The notes: a model not told the origin generated them from the letters alone. A stretch of DNA of 64,000 nucleotides from Bacteroidaceae bacterium (GCA_045612925.1 JAZKZX010000060.1:25866-89865), one strand, 5' to 3'; shown: positions 45,377 to 57,365, numbered from the stretch's first letter. Made by a program: numbers and translations.

Positions 45377-46735
45377 ATGCAAATCATATTACTCTCAGGT
45401 GGCTCGGGTAAGCGCCTGTGGCCCCTGTCGAACAGTACACGATCGAAGCAGTTCCTACAACTGCTGCAAGACCCCGATGGTAAGCGCGAGTCGATGGTGC
45501 AGCGCGTGGTGCGCCAGATAGGTGAGTCGGCCCTGGAGGCTGAGGTGACCATCGCTACCAGTGCCTCGCAGCGCGACTTCATAGAGACTCAGCTGGGCAC
45601 GAGGGTGGATGTGGTGGCTGAGCCCGAGCGCAGAGAAACATTCCCCGCCATCGCCTTGGCCGTGTCGTACCTGGCATCGCAGAAGGGATGCTCGCGCGAC
45701 GAGGTGGTGCTGGTGATGCCGTGCGATACCTATACCGAGGCACGCTACTTCGATGTGGCGGCACGCATGGTGGAGCTCGCCCAGCAGGGCGTGGCAGACC
45801 TGGTACTGATGGGCATAACGGCGACGCACGCCTCGGCCGACTTTGGCTATGTGATGCCTGTCAAGGACGACGAGGGCACGCTATGCATGGGGGTGGAGCA
45901 GTTCGTCGAGAAACCTACCGAGAGGCGAGCACAGGAGCTCATCGCACAGGGGGCTTACTGGAATGGGGGTGTCTTTGCCTTCCGCATAGGCTATATGATG
46001 GATCTCGTGGCACGCTATGTGCCGACGGGTGACTACGCTGAGCTATGCCAACGCTATGGGGAGCTGCCGAAGATAAGCTTTGACTATGAGGTGGCCGAGA
46101 AGGCTACGTCGGTGGCCATGGTGCCCTTCGCGGGTAAGTGGAAGGATCTGGGCGACTGGAAGTCCCTCGTGCACGAACTACCTGCCCACGCCATGGGCAA
46201 TGTGGTGCTGGGGGGCGATGTCATGGGGACGACGGTCATCAATGAGCTGAGTCTGCCTGTGGTGTGCGACGGGGTAAGCAATGTTGTGGTGGCCGCAGGC
46301 CACGATGGCATACTGGTGTGTAGCCGTGAGTCGTCTGAGTATATCAAGCAGTATGTTGACCCTATACACATGCGACCCATGTTTGAGGAGCGCCGTTGGG
46401 GCACCTACCGCGTGCTCGATGATGCACGCTATGCCGATGGCTCGCACTCGCTGACCAAGAGCATCACGCTGCACCCAGGCAAGTATATATCGTACCAGAT
46501 ACATCACCATCGTACCGAGGTGTGGACATTCGTCGAGGGTGAGGGTCTCTTCGTGCTCGATGGTGAGGTGCGCCATGTGAAGGCGGGCGATACGGTGATC
46601 ATACCCGTAGAGCACTATCACTCTATTAAGGCGCTCACAGAACTTACCTTCATCGAGGTGCAGATGGGAAACCCGCTCATCGAGGAGGATATAGAGCGGT
46701 TTGACTGGGACTGGAGTACGAACTGTGAGAAGTGA
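45377..46735 (+). CDS. manC: Mannose-1-phosphate guanylyltransferase with a C-terminal cupin (type II PMI-like) domain.
   Basis: LSGGSGKRLWPLS nucleotidyltransferase motif. Cupin motif HHHRTEVWTFVEGEG. Trimmed to the ATG at 45377. Confidence 0.85.
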   Translation: MQIILLSGGSGKRLWPLSNSTRSKQFLQLLQDPDGKRESMVQRVVRQIGESALEAEVTIATSASQRDFIETQLGTRVDVVAEPERRETFPAIALAVSYLASQKGCSRDEVVLVMPCDTYTEARYFDVAARMVELAQQGVADLVLMGITATHASADFGYVMPVKDDEGTLCMGVEQFVEKPTERRAQELIAQGAYWNGGVFAFRIGYMMDLVARYVPTGDYAELCQRYGELPKISFDYEVAEKATSVAMVPFAGKWKDLGDWKSLVHELPAHAMGNVVLGGDVMGTTVINELSLPVVCDGVSNVVVAAGHDGILVCSRESSEYIKQYVDPIHMRPMFEERRWGTYRVLDDARYADGSHSLTKSITLHPGKYISYQIHHHRTEVWTFVEGEGLFVLDGEVRHVKAGDTVIIPVEHYHSIKALTELTFIEVQMGNPLIEEDIERFDWDWSTNCEK

Positions 46736-46815
46736 GAACTTCTTTGGGGAATATACATGAGATGTCCTTCCCCTTAGGGGAGGCTTATTACTAAAAAAAT
46801 AAATATAAGATATAT

Positions 46816-47946
46816 ATGAAAAAAGCATTGATAACCGGTGTCACTGGTCAAGACGGGTCGTTCCTGTCAGAGTTTCTTCTAAACAAGGGGTATGAGGTGC
46901 ATGGCACCATACGCCGCTCGTCGGTAGACTTCCGTGAGCGTATCGCTCACCTCGAAGGCAACCCACACTTCCACCTCCACTATGCCGACCTGGGCGACTC
47001 GCTGAGCCTCATACAGGTCATCGGCAAGGTACGTCCCGATGAGATATACAACCTCGCCGCACAGAGCCATGTGCAGGTGAGCTTCGACTCGCCCGAGTTT
47101 ACCGCTAATGTAGACGCTACGGGAGTACTGCGCGTGCTCGAGGCTGTACGTCTGTGTGGACTGGCCAGCACATGTCGTATATACCAGGCGTCGACCTCGG
47201 AGCTCTATGGTAAGGTAGAGGAGGTGCCGCAGAATGAGAACACACCCTTCCATCCCTATAGCCCCTATGCCGTGGCCAAGCTCTATGCGCATTGGATAGT
47301 GAAGGAGTATCGTGAGGCGTACGATATGTTTTGCTGCTCGGGCATCCTCTTCAATCACGAGAGCGAGCGCCGTGGCGAGACCTTCGTTACACGCAAGATC
47401 ACGCTTGCTGCCGCACGCATAGCACAGGGAAAGCAACGGAAGCTGTACCTGGGCAACCTGTCATCGCTGCGCGACTGGGGATATGCCAAAGATTATGTGG
47501 AGTGTATGTGGCTGATGCTGCAGAATGAGAGACCCGAAGACTTTGTCATCGCTACGGGAGTGCAGCACTCGGTGCGAGACTTCTGCTACTATGCTTTCAA
47601 ACATGTGGGTATCGAACTGGAGTTTGTGGGTGAGGGAGCTGACGAGAAAGGCATCGTCAAGAGCATTGACACGCAGGCAACTGCCGTAGCTCATACCCGG
47701 ATTGCCGTAGGCGATGTGCTGATAGAGGTGTCGCCCGACTTCTTCCGTCCGACCGATGTGGTGAACCTCTGGGGTGACCCCTCGAAGGCACGCAAGCAAT
47801 TGGGGTGGGACCCGCAGAAGACGACCTTCGAGCAGCTCGTGAAGATTATGGTAGAGGCAGATATGGCCAAGGTGGCCGTGGAACGCGCCAGCGAACATAT
47901 CACCACCAACCTCGTAGAGTACCTCGAAAAGGGTATCGTAAAGTAA
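46816..47946 (+). CDS. gmd: GDP-mannose 4,6-dehydratase.
   Basis: [12 protein letters not shown] Rossmann motif. SDR YxxxK motif in [17 protein letters not shown]. Confidence 0.95.
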   Translation: MKKALITGVTGQDGSFLSEFLLNKGYEVHGTIRRSSVDFRERIAHLEGNPHFHLHYADLGDSLSLIQVIGKVRPDEIYNLAAQSHVQVSFDSPEFTANVDATGVLRVLEAVRLCGLASTCRIYQASTSELYGKVEEVPQNENTPFHPYSPYAVAKLYAHWIVKEYREAYDMFCCSGILFNHESERRGETFVTRKITLAAARIAQGKQRKLYLGNLSSLRDWGYAKDYVECMWLMLQNERPEDFVIATGVQHSVRDFCYYAFKHVGIELEFVGEGADEKGIVKSIDTQATAVAHTRIAVGDVLIEVSPDFFRPTDVVNLWGDPSKARKQLGWDPQKTTFEQLVKIMVEADMAKVAVERASEHITTNLVEYLEKGIVK

Positions 47947-47956
47947 TGCGCGTGGA

Positions 47957-48901
47957 ATGATGGAGAAGAACGCTAAGATCTATGTGGCTGGCCACCGCGG
48001 TATGGTGGGGTCGGCCATCGTACGAGAGTTGAAGAAGCAGGGGTACACCCGCATCGTCACCCGCACACATGCCGAGCTCGACCTTTGCAGGCAAGACCAG
48101 GTGGAGCGCTTCTTTGCTGAGGAGCGCCCTGACTATGTGTTCCTCGCTGCAGCCAAGGTGGGAGGTATCGTAGCCAACCAAAGCGCACTGGCCGACTTTA
48201 TGTACGACAACATGATGCTCGAGATGAATGTCATCCATGCTGCATGGCAGCACGGATGTACGAAACTCTTGTTTCTCGGCTCATCGTGCATCTATCCGCG
48301 ATTAGCACCACAGCCCATGCCCGAGAGCTGCCTGCTCACTTCGGCACTGGAGCCTACCAATGAGGCCTATGCGCTGGCCAAGATATCGGGACTGAAGTAT
48401 TGCGAGTACCTCAACCGACAGTATGGCACCGACTACATCAGCGTGATGCCTACCAATCTCTATGGCCCCAACGACAACTATCACCCCACGCACAGCCATG
48501 TGCTGCCCGCACTGATACGCCGATTCCATGAGGCTAAAGAGGCTGGACTCGACACGGTGACTTGCTGGGGCGACGGTACACCGCTGCGAGAGTTTCTCTA
48601 TGTAGATGACCTCGCCCACCTGTGCGTGTTCCTGATGAACAATTATAGTGGCAACGAGACGGTCAATGCAGGTACGGGAAAGGAGATCTCTATCAAGGCG
48701 CTCACCGAACTGGTGGCCAAGGTGGTGGGCTATGAGGGGCAGATCCTATGGGACACCTCGAAGCCTAATGGTACGCCTCGCAAACTGCTCGATGTATCGA
48801 AGGCTGAAACATTGGGATGGCGCTATCGCACCGAATTGGAGGAGGGCATACGACTCGCGTACAACGACTTCCTCAGCAATCCTATGCGGGCTGAGCGGTA
48901 G
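47957..48901 (+). CDS. fcl: GDP-L-fucose synthase.
   Basis: [11 protein letters not shown] and YALAKI (YxxxK). Immediately follows gmd. Confidence 0.9.
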   Translation: MMEKNAKIYVAGHRGMVGSAIVRELKKQGYTRIVTRTHAELDLCRQDQVERFFAEERPDYVFLAAAKVGGIVANQSALADFMYDNMMLEMNVIHAAWQHGCTKLLFLGSSCIYPRLAPQPMPESCLLTSALEPTNEAYALAKISGLKYCEYLNRQYGTDYISVMPTNLYGPNDNYHPTHSHVLPALIRRFHEAKEAGLDTVTCWGDGTPLREFLYVDDLAHLCVFLMNNYSGNETVNAGTGKEISIKALTELVAKVVGYEGQILWDTSKPNGTPRKLLDVSKAETLGWRYRTELEEGIRLAYNDFLSNPMRAER

Positions 48902-48989
48902 TATCCGCAGGAACTTTTGCCAAGCATAGACAAAGAGTAGAGGGTGTACCCGCGGGTACACCCTCTTGCTTGTTATCCTACCTTAAGGG

Positions 48990-51494
48990 CTACTTACTGC
49001 TCTTGAGGTATGAGCCGAGCGATAACAGCCAGGCCACTACGATACTTACCACCATGCCGATGGCACCGAAGAGGAGGAAGTTGGCGTTGGTGTACTCGCT
49101 CATCCAGAACACGACAATCTCGCCAGCGACGAAGCCTGCCAGTGCGGCATTGCCCTTGACACGCTTCATGAACACGGCGATGAAGAACAGTCCGCCCAAG
49201 CCGCTAGTGAGCAGGCCGAGGGCTTCGTTGAAGAAGTCGAGGAACGACTGGATGTTCCATGTGGCCATGAACAGGGCGAGAGCCAAGCCGATGAGACCGC
49301 TCACTACGGATGCCCAGCGGGCTATGACGACGAGTTGTGAGTCGGTGGTGGGGCGGAAGCGCTTCCAGAAGTCGATACTGAAGGCGGTGGCAACACTGTT
49401 GATGTTGCTCGAAATGGTACTCATGGTGGCAGCAAAGATGGCTGCGATGAGGGCTCCGGCTATACCTGCTGGCATCTGGCTCATCATGAAGAAGGGGAAG
49501 ATGGCATCGCTCTGTCCCATGGTGACGTCGAGCTCTGCAGGGTGGGTCTTGTAAAAGGTGTAGAGACCCGTACCAATCATGTAGAAGGCAACGGAGACGA
49601 ACACGCTCATGACTCCATTGACGAGGATGCCACGGCCAGCAGACTTCTCATCGGGAGTGGTGAGGTAGCGCTGGATGACGGTCTGGTCAGAGGTGTAGGA
49701 GATGAGGTTGTTAGCCAAGCCACCGATGATGATGACCCACCATACACCGCCCGACCATGCGTTGCTCCAGTCGAAGAGGCGCAGCTTGTCATTCTCCAAG
49801 GCAAGGTCGATGCAGCCCATCACACCGCCCTCAGTGCCCATGGCAAGGTATACGACGGCAAAGATGGCGCCAAACACGAGGATCAGTCCCTGTACTACGT
49901 CGCCCCAGATAACAGCCTCGACACCACCCATAGTACAGTAGACGATAGTGACCAACCCCATGAGCACGATGCACAGGTAGATGTCGATACCTGTCACGGC
50001 GGTGAGTGCCAATGAGGGGAGGTAGAGCACGATGGCCATGCGCACAATCATAAACACGCAGAACAGTGCCGAGGCCAGCAGGCGGGTGAAGAGGTTGAAG
50101 CGCTGCTCCAGTATCTCGTAGGCGCTGGTGACGTTGAGCTTGCGGAAGTAGGGTAGGTAATACTTGATGACGGGGAAGCTGATGAGCAGGATCATCCACA
50201 ACATGGGGTAGTAGGTCCAGTCGGTGGTGTAGGCCTTGGCAGGGATGGTCATGTAGGTAATGGCGCTGAGCATGGTGGCGTAGATACTGATACCCGCTGC
50301 CCACCAGGGGATGCGGCCACCGCCCTTGAAGAAGTCGTCGGCGCCATTCTCCTTGCGCATGAAGTAGATACCCATGCCGAGCATGCCGAGGAGGTAGAGG
50401 GCGAGGACGGCCCAGTTGAGCCAGCCGAAGCGCTTTTCGTTGGTGACCTCTACATGGCTCACATCGGTGCTGCGTATGCCGGGCATCAGTTCGCCACCGC
50501 TATAGCTCCAGCCCTTGCCACCCACCTCAGGCGTAAGGCAAGCACCGGCACGAGCCAGAAGGCTGTCGCCAGGGAGCATGCCCCATGAGTCGGTGATGGT
50601 GTGGTAGGTGAGCACCTCACTGCGGAAACGGTACCACGCGGGCTGATGGCGCAGGTAGAGGCTATCCTGCTTGCCCTCGATGGCGCTGAGGAAGATGTCG
50701 TGGTCGACACCGCCGAAGAATAGTATGTGACTATAGCCCGATGTGGCGCAGGTGGCACCCACCACGGCTTGTATCTGCTGGGTGCGGGCACCGTCGGTCT
50801 CGTCTATCCATGCCAATGAGGGGGATGTGCGATGCCACTGCGAGTTGCCCTTCTTGAGGTTGGCAATGGTCATATACACGCCGTCGGTGTGCACTATCGC
50901 TGCTCGGTTTTCGCCCTTGGGTTGGTAGCCTCCGAAGATGAAGAGCGCGTAGCCCGAGGCTGTGTTCTGCACAGCCACGCAGGGTTGCAGGCGACAATCG
51001 TCGGGGAGGGTGGCGGCAATGGTCCACGCCTTGCCTTCGCTGGGGAAGGGGAGGGCATATACCTCGCGGTTGGGGATGCCATAGGTCTGTCCGCCAGCTA
51101 CCCAGAGCATACCATCATGGTAGGTGGCGGCGAAGTTGTCCAGTGCCTTGGGCAGTGAGGCGATGGGGGTAGAGGTACCATCGGCAGCATTGAGAAACTC
51201 GCACTCGCTGAGCGAGCCGTCGGCATTCATGCCACCCAGATATACGGCACCGCCAGGCATCTGTACGCTGGCACCGTAGGCGCGGGGGTAGTAGACCTTC
51301 TGTCCGCCATCGGCACAGGGTATATCGGGGAAGTTGCAGCCACCGTAGACGCTGAGCGAACCATTGAGCCAACCGGCATAGTGTCCCGACACGGCATTGT
51401 CCAGAGGTGTTGCGGGCGTTACGGTGACACGATTCTGCGCCATGCTGAGCAGGGAGCAGAGCAATGTTATGGATATGAAGAGATGTTTTCTCAT
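48990..51494 (-). CDS. Fusion of a Kelch/NanM-like mutarotase domain with a sodium:solute symporter.
   Basis: Signal peptide plus Kelch-type beta-propeller repeats (GG...YGG) in the first roughly 390 aa, followed by an SSS-family polytopic membrane domain. Confidence 0.8.
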   Translation of the reverse strand: MRKHLFISITLLCSLLSMAQNRVTVTPATPLDNAVSGHYAGWLNGSLSVYGGCNFPDIPCADGGQKVYYPRAYGASVQMPGGAVYLGGMNADGSLSECEFLNAADGTSTPIASLPKALDNFAATYHDGMLWVAGGQTYGIPNREVYALPFPSEGKAWTIAATLPDDCRLQPCVAVQNTASGYALFIFGGYQPKGENRAAIVHTDGVYMTIANLKKGNSQWHRTSPSLAWIDETDGARTQQIQAVVGATCATSGYSHILFFGGVDHDIFLSAIEGKQDSLYLRHQPAWYRFRSEVLTYHTITDSWGMLPGDSLLARAGACLTPEVGGKGWSYSGGELMPGIRSTDVSHVEVTNEKRFGWLNWAVLALYLLGMLGMGIYFMRKENGADDFFKGGGRIPWWAAGISIYATMLSAITYMTIPAKAYTTDWTYYPMLWMILLISFPVIKYYLPYFRKLNVTSAYEILEQRFNLFTRLLASALFCVFMIVRMAIVLYLPSLALTAVTGIDIYLCIVLMGLVTIVYCTMGGVEAVIWGDVVQGLILVFGAIFAVVYLAMGTEGGVMGCIDLALENDKLRLFDWSNAWSGGVWWVIIIGGLANNLISYTSDQTVIQRYLTTPDEKSAGRGILVNGVMSVFVSVAFYMIGTGLYTFYKTHPAELDVTMGQSDAIFPFFMMSQMPAGIAGALIAAIFAATMSTISSNINSVATAFSIDFWKRFRPTTDSQLVVIARWASVVSGLIGLALALFMATWNIQSFLDFFNEALGLLTSGLGGLFFIAVFMKRVKGNAALAGFVAGEIVVFWMSEYTNANFLLFGAIGMVVSIVVAWLLSLGSYLKSSK

Positions 51495-51504
51495 ACGGCT
51501 TTCC

Positions 51505-52674
51505 TTACTTCGTTAGTTCTTTACACAATTCGTACGACTTGATCATCATGCGGGGGATGTGGAAGGGCCCCTTGAAGATGTTACCCTTAGCAGGTTGTGC
51601 TACGGTGCCGTCGCGATGCAGGTAGCCATACCACTCGCCATACTCGCTGTCGGGGAAGTGGGTGTAGGTCCACTCGCTGATCTGGCGGTGCATCTCGATA
51701 TACTTCTCATCGCCCGTAGCCTCATAGGCATAGAGGGTGGCAATGATGGCCTCGGTCTGCGGCCACCAGAACTTCATGTCTTGTGAGTAGTCCTGAGGAG
51801 GTAGACCACGGCAGTCGCGGAAGTTGATGATGCCGCCATACTGCTCGTCCCATCCCCACTGCCATGACCAATCGAGAATCTCGAGGGCACGCTGGGTGAT
51901 CTCCTTGTCCCAACCGTGGTGCTTGGCCTCTTCGAGCATGAACCATGCCGTCTCGATGCAGTGTCCGGGGTTGATGACACGACCATTGATGGTGTCGATG
52001 AACCCCCCGTTGGGGCCTACCATCTCGAGCAATGCCTTGAACTCGGGCTTCACGAAGTCCTTGAGCGACTCTAATGACTCGTCGATCTGTTGGTCGAGCA
52101 CGGGGTCACTGATCACCTCGCGGATCCGTGAGGCGGTGTTGATGAGGATCATCACGATAGAGTGGCCCTTGGCCTGCAGGGTGTCGAGGTACTTAGGTTC
52201 GAGGCAACCGGGTGTGGCGATGAAACGGCGTATGTCTTTGAACAGCTTGAGCGCCTTCTCTGCATAGTTCATGTCGCCCGATGCCTTGGCATACTCGGCC
52301 ATGGCGATGGCGGCAAACGACTCGGAGAAGACGTAGCGGCGCTTGCGCAGGGGATGGCCGTCGGCTGTCACCTCGAAATACATGCGACCATCGGTGTCGA
52401 AGCAGTGTGCCTCGATGAAGTCAATGGTGCTCTTGGCTGCAGCCAGCCACTCGGGATTCTGCTCTATGGTGTTATAAGCAAAGGATGCCACGAAGGCAAA
52501 GCGCCCTTGGAACCATACCGACTTGGTGGTGTCGATGAGCGAACCATCGCGGTTAACACAAGTGTAGATACCGCCATTCACGCGGTCGAGTCCGTTCTTG
52601 AGCCAAAAGGGCATGATGTTTTCGGTAAGGTCGGCACGATAGCGCTCGGCCCAGGTGTTGAGGTAATTTTTCAT
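51505..52674 (-). CDS. N-acylglucosamine 2-epimerase (AGE family).
   Basis: Alpha/alpha-barrel AGE-type sequence (WPQTEAI, KGPFHIPR). 10 nt upstream of the symporter fusion. Confidence 0.8.
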   Translation of the reverse strand: MKNYLNTWAERYRADLTENIMPFWLKNGLDRVNGGIYTCVNRDGSLIDTTKSVWFQGRFAFVASFAYNTIEQNPEWLAAAKSTIDFIEAHCFDTDGRMYFEVTADGHPLRKRRYVFSESFAAIAMAEYAKASGDMNYAEKALKLFKDIRRFIATPGCLEPKYLDTLQAKGHSIVMILINTASRIREVISDPVLDQQIDESLESLKDFVKPEFKALLEMVGPNGGFIDTINGRVINPGHCIETAWFMLEEAKHHGWDKEITQRALEILDWSWQWGWDEQYGGIINFRDCRGLPPQDYSQDMKFWWPQTEAIIATLYAYEATGDEKYIEMHRQISEWTYTHFPDSEYGEWYGYLHRDGTVAQPAKGNIFKGPFHIPRMMIKSYELCKELTK

Positions 52675-52746
52675 AGGATATGTGTATTAATAATGATAGA
52701 TGATACGTCTTTTATTTTTTTTCGGGTAGTTCGATGACTCCTCTTT

Positions 52747-54177
52747 TTAACGATGCTGCCTTGCTCGCAATTCTTGCGTGCGCAAGCTGTCTTTGTAGTG
52801 GTTGTGTGCTGCCACACGCTCGGGACTCAGTGCGGCATCGCTATTACCTTCCCATCTGCGACATAGGTAGATGGGTTCGTATATGCGCCCCAACTTGTAG
52901 CTGCGGCTGATGGCAATGCCTACTGCATAGTCTTCGCCATAGCTCACATTGGGGAACCCTATCTCACGGATGATAGGGGTGTAGAATGCACGTGGTGCCC
53001 CCAGCCCGTTGATGCGCAAGGCGTTGTTCATACCATTCTCGGGGGTCCACTCACGGTGGTCGATGATGCCGGGAGGGAGCGTATCCAAGGCAAAGTTGCA
53101 CAAGCGGTAACTGCCTACCACCATGGCACACTGCTCGCGACGGAAGGTGTCGACGATGCGTTGTAGCGTGTGTGTGTCACTATAGAGGTCGTCACTGTCG
53201 AGCTGCACAGCATAGCGCCCGCATTGATCGTGACGTATGGCAAGATCCCAGCAACCACCAATGCCGAGGTCAATGCGCTCGGGAGTGATCATTACCACTT
53301 GTTTGTTATCGCTGATGAGTTGTGTTACAATCTCGGTGGTGCCATCTGTAGAGTGGTTGTCTACCACGATGAGGTTGAATCTGAAGTCGGTATCCTGTGA
53401 TAGCACCGAATGTATGGCATCTGCAATTGTCTTTGCACGATTCCTAACGGGAATGATGACGGTGGCCTCGTAGGGAAACTCTCCCACGGTAGGGTCTATG
53501 CTCTGCAGTGTGAGATAGTCAACAAAGGCACCCACAGATTTAAGGTGTGTGGTACAAGCACGTTCCATTTCGATCTGTATCTGTCGGTTGCGCGGGTCTA
53601 CATAGTCAAATTGTTTCTCTCCCGAGCTGCGTGTGTCTTGCTCCTGCTCGGTATAAAGGTATTCGTTGATGTGTACCAGTCGGCCTGTGCGACTGATAAA
53701 GAGTCGCAGCTGATATAGTGCCGCATGTTGCATGGCTTCGGGTTCAGTAGCGAGGAACTGGCGTAGGGCCTCGGTGCGTATCAGTACCATGGGGCCAAAG
53801 TCAAAGTCGTCGCGTATGCTACCTTCCTGATATTCGTTGGTGGGTACGGCGAGTGTATCGCCCTGTTTGGTGGCATGTCTATTGCAATAGACCCAGTCGG
53901 CATGGCTATCGGTGGCTACAGCCAGCATACGCTCTATCGCGCGATATCCTATACAAAGGCCTCCTGCATGAGTATATATGAGGAGGTATTCAGTGCTGCA
54001 CAATCTGTCTATGGTTTTCAGTGCCTCGCTAGAGAGGTTACGTTCGAGGGGTATGAAGGAATTGCCTGCATCGCCTTCGATTATATGTATATTATTGACG
54101 AGTGGACATGCCGCAAATTCGCAGCGTAATGTGTCGGCGCTGATTTGTGGTACGAAACAGTCGATTCGATGTGACAT
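52747..54177 (-). CDS. Family 2 glycosyltransferase with an extra N-terminal domain.
   Basis: GT2 motifs [22 protein letters not shown] and LDSDD in the C-terminal half. Confidence 0.8.
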   Translation of the reverse strand: MSHRIDCFVPQISADTLRCEFAACPLVNNIHIIEGDAGNSFIPLERNLSSEALKTIDRLCSTEYLLIYTHAGGLCIGYRAIERMLAVATDSHADWVYCNRHATKQGDTLAVPTNEYQEGSIRDDFDFGPMVLIRTEALRQFLATEPEAMQHAALYQLRLFISRTGRLVHINEYLYTEQEQDTRSSGEKQFDYVDPRNRQIQIEMERACTTHLKSVGAFVDYLTLQSIDPTVGEFPYEATVIIPVRNRAKTIADAIHSVLSQDTDFRFNLIVVDNHSTDGTTEIVTQLISDNKQVVMITPERIDLGIGGCWDLAIRHDQCGRYAVQLDSDDLYSDTHTLQRIVDTFRREQCAMVVGSYRLCNFALDTLPPGIIDHREWTPENGMNNALRINGLGAPRAFYTPIIREIGFPNVSYGEDYAVGIAISRSYKLGRIYEPIYLCRRWEGNSDAALSPERVAAHNHYKDSLRTQELRARQHR

Positions 54178-54336
54178 AGTAATCTATATTCTACAATAAA
54201 TATATATGAATGTTACAAAAGTATAAAAAAAATGCATATTATCACCGATTGGTGTCAGTATTTTGCAATTTTATAAAATAGTTTGTACCTTCGTTGGCGA
54301 AAGAATAGTATTTAGTGTTAACAAAATTAGAAAAAG

Positions 54337-54747
54337 ATGAAAAAGGTAACTAATTTGTGTATGGCTTTGGTAGCCGCTTTAGTGATGGTAAGTTGTGTTG
54401 AAAAGAATACATTCGAACAGCTCGAGGGTGAATGGAATGTGGTGTCGGTAGGCGAGTTGATAGTCCCTGATTCGGTAGACGCCTTTATGGGATTCAATAT
54501 TGCTGAACAATTGGTCTTTGGTTGCACCGGATGTAACCAGCTTACAGGTACTCTCCCCACAGAGGTAAGCTCCGACATGCCCATGTTTGCTGCTTTAGGT
54601 AGCACCCGAAAGGCTTGTGCTGACATGACTGTCGAAGATGCAATGCTCCCAGCGTTGGGTAGTGTGGTCGACTTCAAGGTAGAGGGGGATAACCTCTATT
54701 TCCTCGATGCTGCAGGTTCTACGGTATTGACTTTGGAGAAGCGATAA
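54337..54747 (+). CDS. META-domain (HslJ-like) lipoprotein.
   Basis: Lipoprotein signal ending VMVSC. GCTGCNQLTG and CADM motifs typical of the META domain. Confidence 0.75.
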   Translation: MKKVTNLCMALVAALVMVSCVEKNTFEQLEGEWNVVSVGELIVPDSVDAFMGFNIAEQLVFGCTGCNQLTGTLPTEVSSDMPMFAALGSTRKACADMTVEDAMLPALGSVVDFKVEGDNLYFLDAAGSTVLTLEKR

Positions 54748-54915
54748 TCGACGTAGATGGAAATAATATCTTATAGGCATGAGGGTGTGATGACATACCC
54801 TCATGCTTTGTATATAACAGCTTCTGTAAGTTGGTCGTTTTGATAGAAAAACGGACTAATGTTTGGCTATAAGGATTATTTGCTATACATTTGCGAGATT
54901 GTTGTTTTGTAATCT

Positions 54916-56715
54916 ATGGAATATACGCATCGTCAGAATACCTCATGGCTTGTGCGCTTCACTCAATGGCGTGAGCAACATATAAGTGCCAAGACCTTTA
55001 CCCTTATCTTAGCGGTACTCGTGGGGCTATGCTCAGCATTCGCGGCACTTACATTGAAGAATCTGATCCATTTTATTCAGCATTTCCTCACAGAGAACTT
55101 TCACGCCAATGAGGCCAACTACCTCTATCTCATCTATCCCGTGGTGGGTATCTTCATCGCAGGTCTGTTTATCCGCTACATCGTGCGTGACGATATTGGG
55201 CATGGCGTGACCAAGATTTTATATGCTATCTCGCGTAAACAAGCCCGCATACGCACTCACAACATGTATTCATCCGTGGTGGCGAGTAGCATCACTATCG
55301 GTTTTGGAGGCTCGGTAGGAGCTGAGGCACCTATCGTGCTCACCGGTTCGGCTATTGGTTCTAACTTAGGACGTCTATTTCGTGTAGATGCCCGTACGAT
55401 GATGCTTCTTGTGGGTTGCGGAGCCGCAGGGGCTGTGTCGGGAATCTTCAAAGCTCCCATTGCAGGACTCGTTTTTACAATCGAGGTGCTGCTCATTGAC
55501 CTCACCATGTCGTCGCTCATGCCACTGCTCATCTCGAGTGTCACGGCTGCCACGGTGTCGTATATAGCTACGGGTACCGACTCGATGTTCCATTTCACCA
55601 TGGCCAACTCGTTTACCATGGAGCGTATACCTTATGTGATACTGTTAGGTATTGTCTGCGGATTTGTCTCATACTATTTCTCTGAGACGATGAACAAGCT
55701 GGAAGATTTCTTCCGCCGTTTCAAGAGTCCTTATGTGAAGTTTGTTATCGGTGGCATTGCATTGAGTTTGCTCATCTTTCTCTTCCCCTCTCTCTATGGT
55801 GAGGGATACGAGACTATTGAACTCCTTCTTAATGGTAGTACAGAGGCTGAGTGGGGAGCTGCGATGGACAACTCCTTCTTCTATGGGCATTCGCGCATGT
55901 TGCTCGTATACCTCGCTCTCGTATTGCTTTTTAAGGTGTTTGCTACTACGGCGACGAATGCAGGTGGTGGATGTGGCGGAATCTTTGCCCCCAGCCTTTT
56001 CTTGGGTTGCATCTCTGGGTTTGTCTTCTCACACTTCCTCAATACGATGGGAGTAAATGTATATCTCCCCGAAAATAATTTTGCTCTCTTTGGTATGGCG
56101 GGACTGATGAGTGGTGTCATGCATGCTCCGCTCACGGGTATCTTCCTCATAGCAGAACTTACTGGTGGGTACGACCTTTTCCTTCCGCTGATGATAACTT
56201 CGGCTTTCTCGTACCTCACTATTCGTGTGTTCCAGACTCACAGCATATACTCTATGCGTCTTGCCAAGAAGGGTGAACTGCTTACTCATCATAAAGACCA
56301 GTCTATCCTCACACTCATGCGCACCGAGCATGTCATCGAGAAGGATTTCAAGGCTACCACAACCGATATGGAACTGGGGCGTTTTACTACAGTGATTTCA
56401 GAGTCGCGTCGAAACCTCTTCCCCGTACTCAATAAGGATAATCGTTTGGTGGGTATAGTGCAGCTTGACGATGTACGTCACTACATGTTCCGTAGTGAAT
56501 TGTATCATCGCTACACGATGGACAAATTCATGCGTGAGCCTGCAGCCCGTATTTCGGTTACTGACGCTATGGATGTAGTAATGCGTAAGTTTGATGATAC
56601 ACGAGCATGGAACCTGCCCGTAGAAGATGAAGATGGACGATATTTGGGTTTTGTGTCACGATCAAAAATATTCAATGAATATCGTAAGATTATGCTCGAC
56701 TATTCAGATGAATAA
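54916..56715 (+). CDS. ClC-family chloride channel with a C-terminal CBS pair.
   Basis: Selectivity motifs GFGGSVGAEAP and GGIFAPSLFLG. CBS-like C-terminus. Confidence 0.9.
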   Translation: MEYTHRQNTSWLVRFTQWREQHISAKTFTLILAVLVGLCSAFAALTLKNLIHFIQHFLTENFHANEANYLYLIYPVVGIFIAGLFIRYIVRDDIGHGVTKILYAISRKQARIRTHNMYSSVVASSITIGFGGSVGAEAPIVLTGSAIGSNLGRLFRVDARTMMLLVGCGAAGAVSGIFKAPIAGLVFTIEVLLIDLTMSSLMPLLISSVTAATVSYIATGTDSMFHFTMANSFTMERIPYVILLGIVCGFVSYYFSETMNKLEDFFRRFKSPYVKFVIGGIALSLLIFLFPSLYGEGYETIELLLNGSTEAEWGAAMDNSFFYGHSRMLLVYLALVLLFKVFATTATNAGGGCGGIFAPSLFLGCISGFVFSHFLNTMGVNVYLPENNFALFGMAGLMSGVMHAPLTGIFLIAELTGGYDLFLPLMITSAFSYLTIRVFQTHSIYSMRLAKKGELLTHHKDQSILTLMRTEHVIEKDFKATTTDMELGRFTTVISESRRNLFPVLNKDNRLVGIVQLDDVRHYMFRSELYHRYTMDKFMREPAARISVTDAMDVVMRKFDDTRAWNLPVEDEDGRYLGFVSRSKIFNEYRKIMLDYSDE

Positions 56716-56768
56716 AAATACGGCTACTACTATATTGGATTTAAAAACAAAATATACAACTATACAAT

Positions 56769-57281
56769 ATGAATTTTCTTGAATTGACTAAAGCTCGCTA
56801 TTCAGTGCGTTCATTTGAACAGCGTGCTATCGAACCCGAAAAGTTGCAATATGTGATGGAGTGTACTCGTCTGGCTCCTTCGGCAGTGAACCTCCAGCCT
56901 TGGAAGTTTTATGTAGTTTCAAAGCCCGAGGACTGCGCCAAGATACGACAGTGTTATCATCGAGACTGGTTCAATGAAGCTCCCATGTATATCATCGCTT
57001 GCTCTAATCATGATGAGTCGTGGAAACGTCGTCGCTCTGAACCCAAAGATCATGCCGACATTGATATCAGTATTGCCGTAGAGCATCTATGCTTGGCGGC
57101 AGCTGAGCAGGGGTTGGGTACCTGTTGGGTATGTAACTTCGATGTGACTCTTTGTCGCGAGCTCTTCGGCATTGCTGATCCTCTTGAGCCCGTAGTACTC
57201 ATCCCTATGGGATATCCTACTACCAATGAGCCCGATGAGAAGAAACGCAAGGATATGACAGATATTTTCATTGAACTTTAA
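56769..57281 (+). CDS. Nitroreductase-family protein.
   Basis: ARYSVRSF N-terminal motif, PSAVNLQPW, and typical size. Confidence 0.8.
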   Translation: MNFLELTKARYSVRSFEQRAIEPEKLQYVMECTRLAPSAVNLQPWKFYVVSKPEDCAKIRQCYHRDWFNEAPMYIIACSNHDESWKRRRSEPKDHADIDISIAVEHLCLAAAEQGLGTCWVCNFDVTLCRELFGIADPLEPVVLIPMGYPTTNEPDEKKRKDMTDIFIEL

Positions 57282-57365
57282 GGCTATCGCGGAGTTATTC
57301 AAGATATTATGAGGATTCTTATCTTGTACGAAGTATCTTTGTATTGATTTTTTTAACTGAATAAA

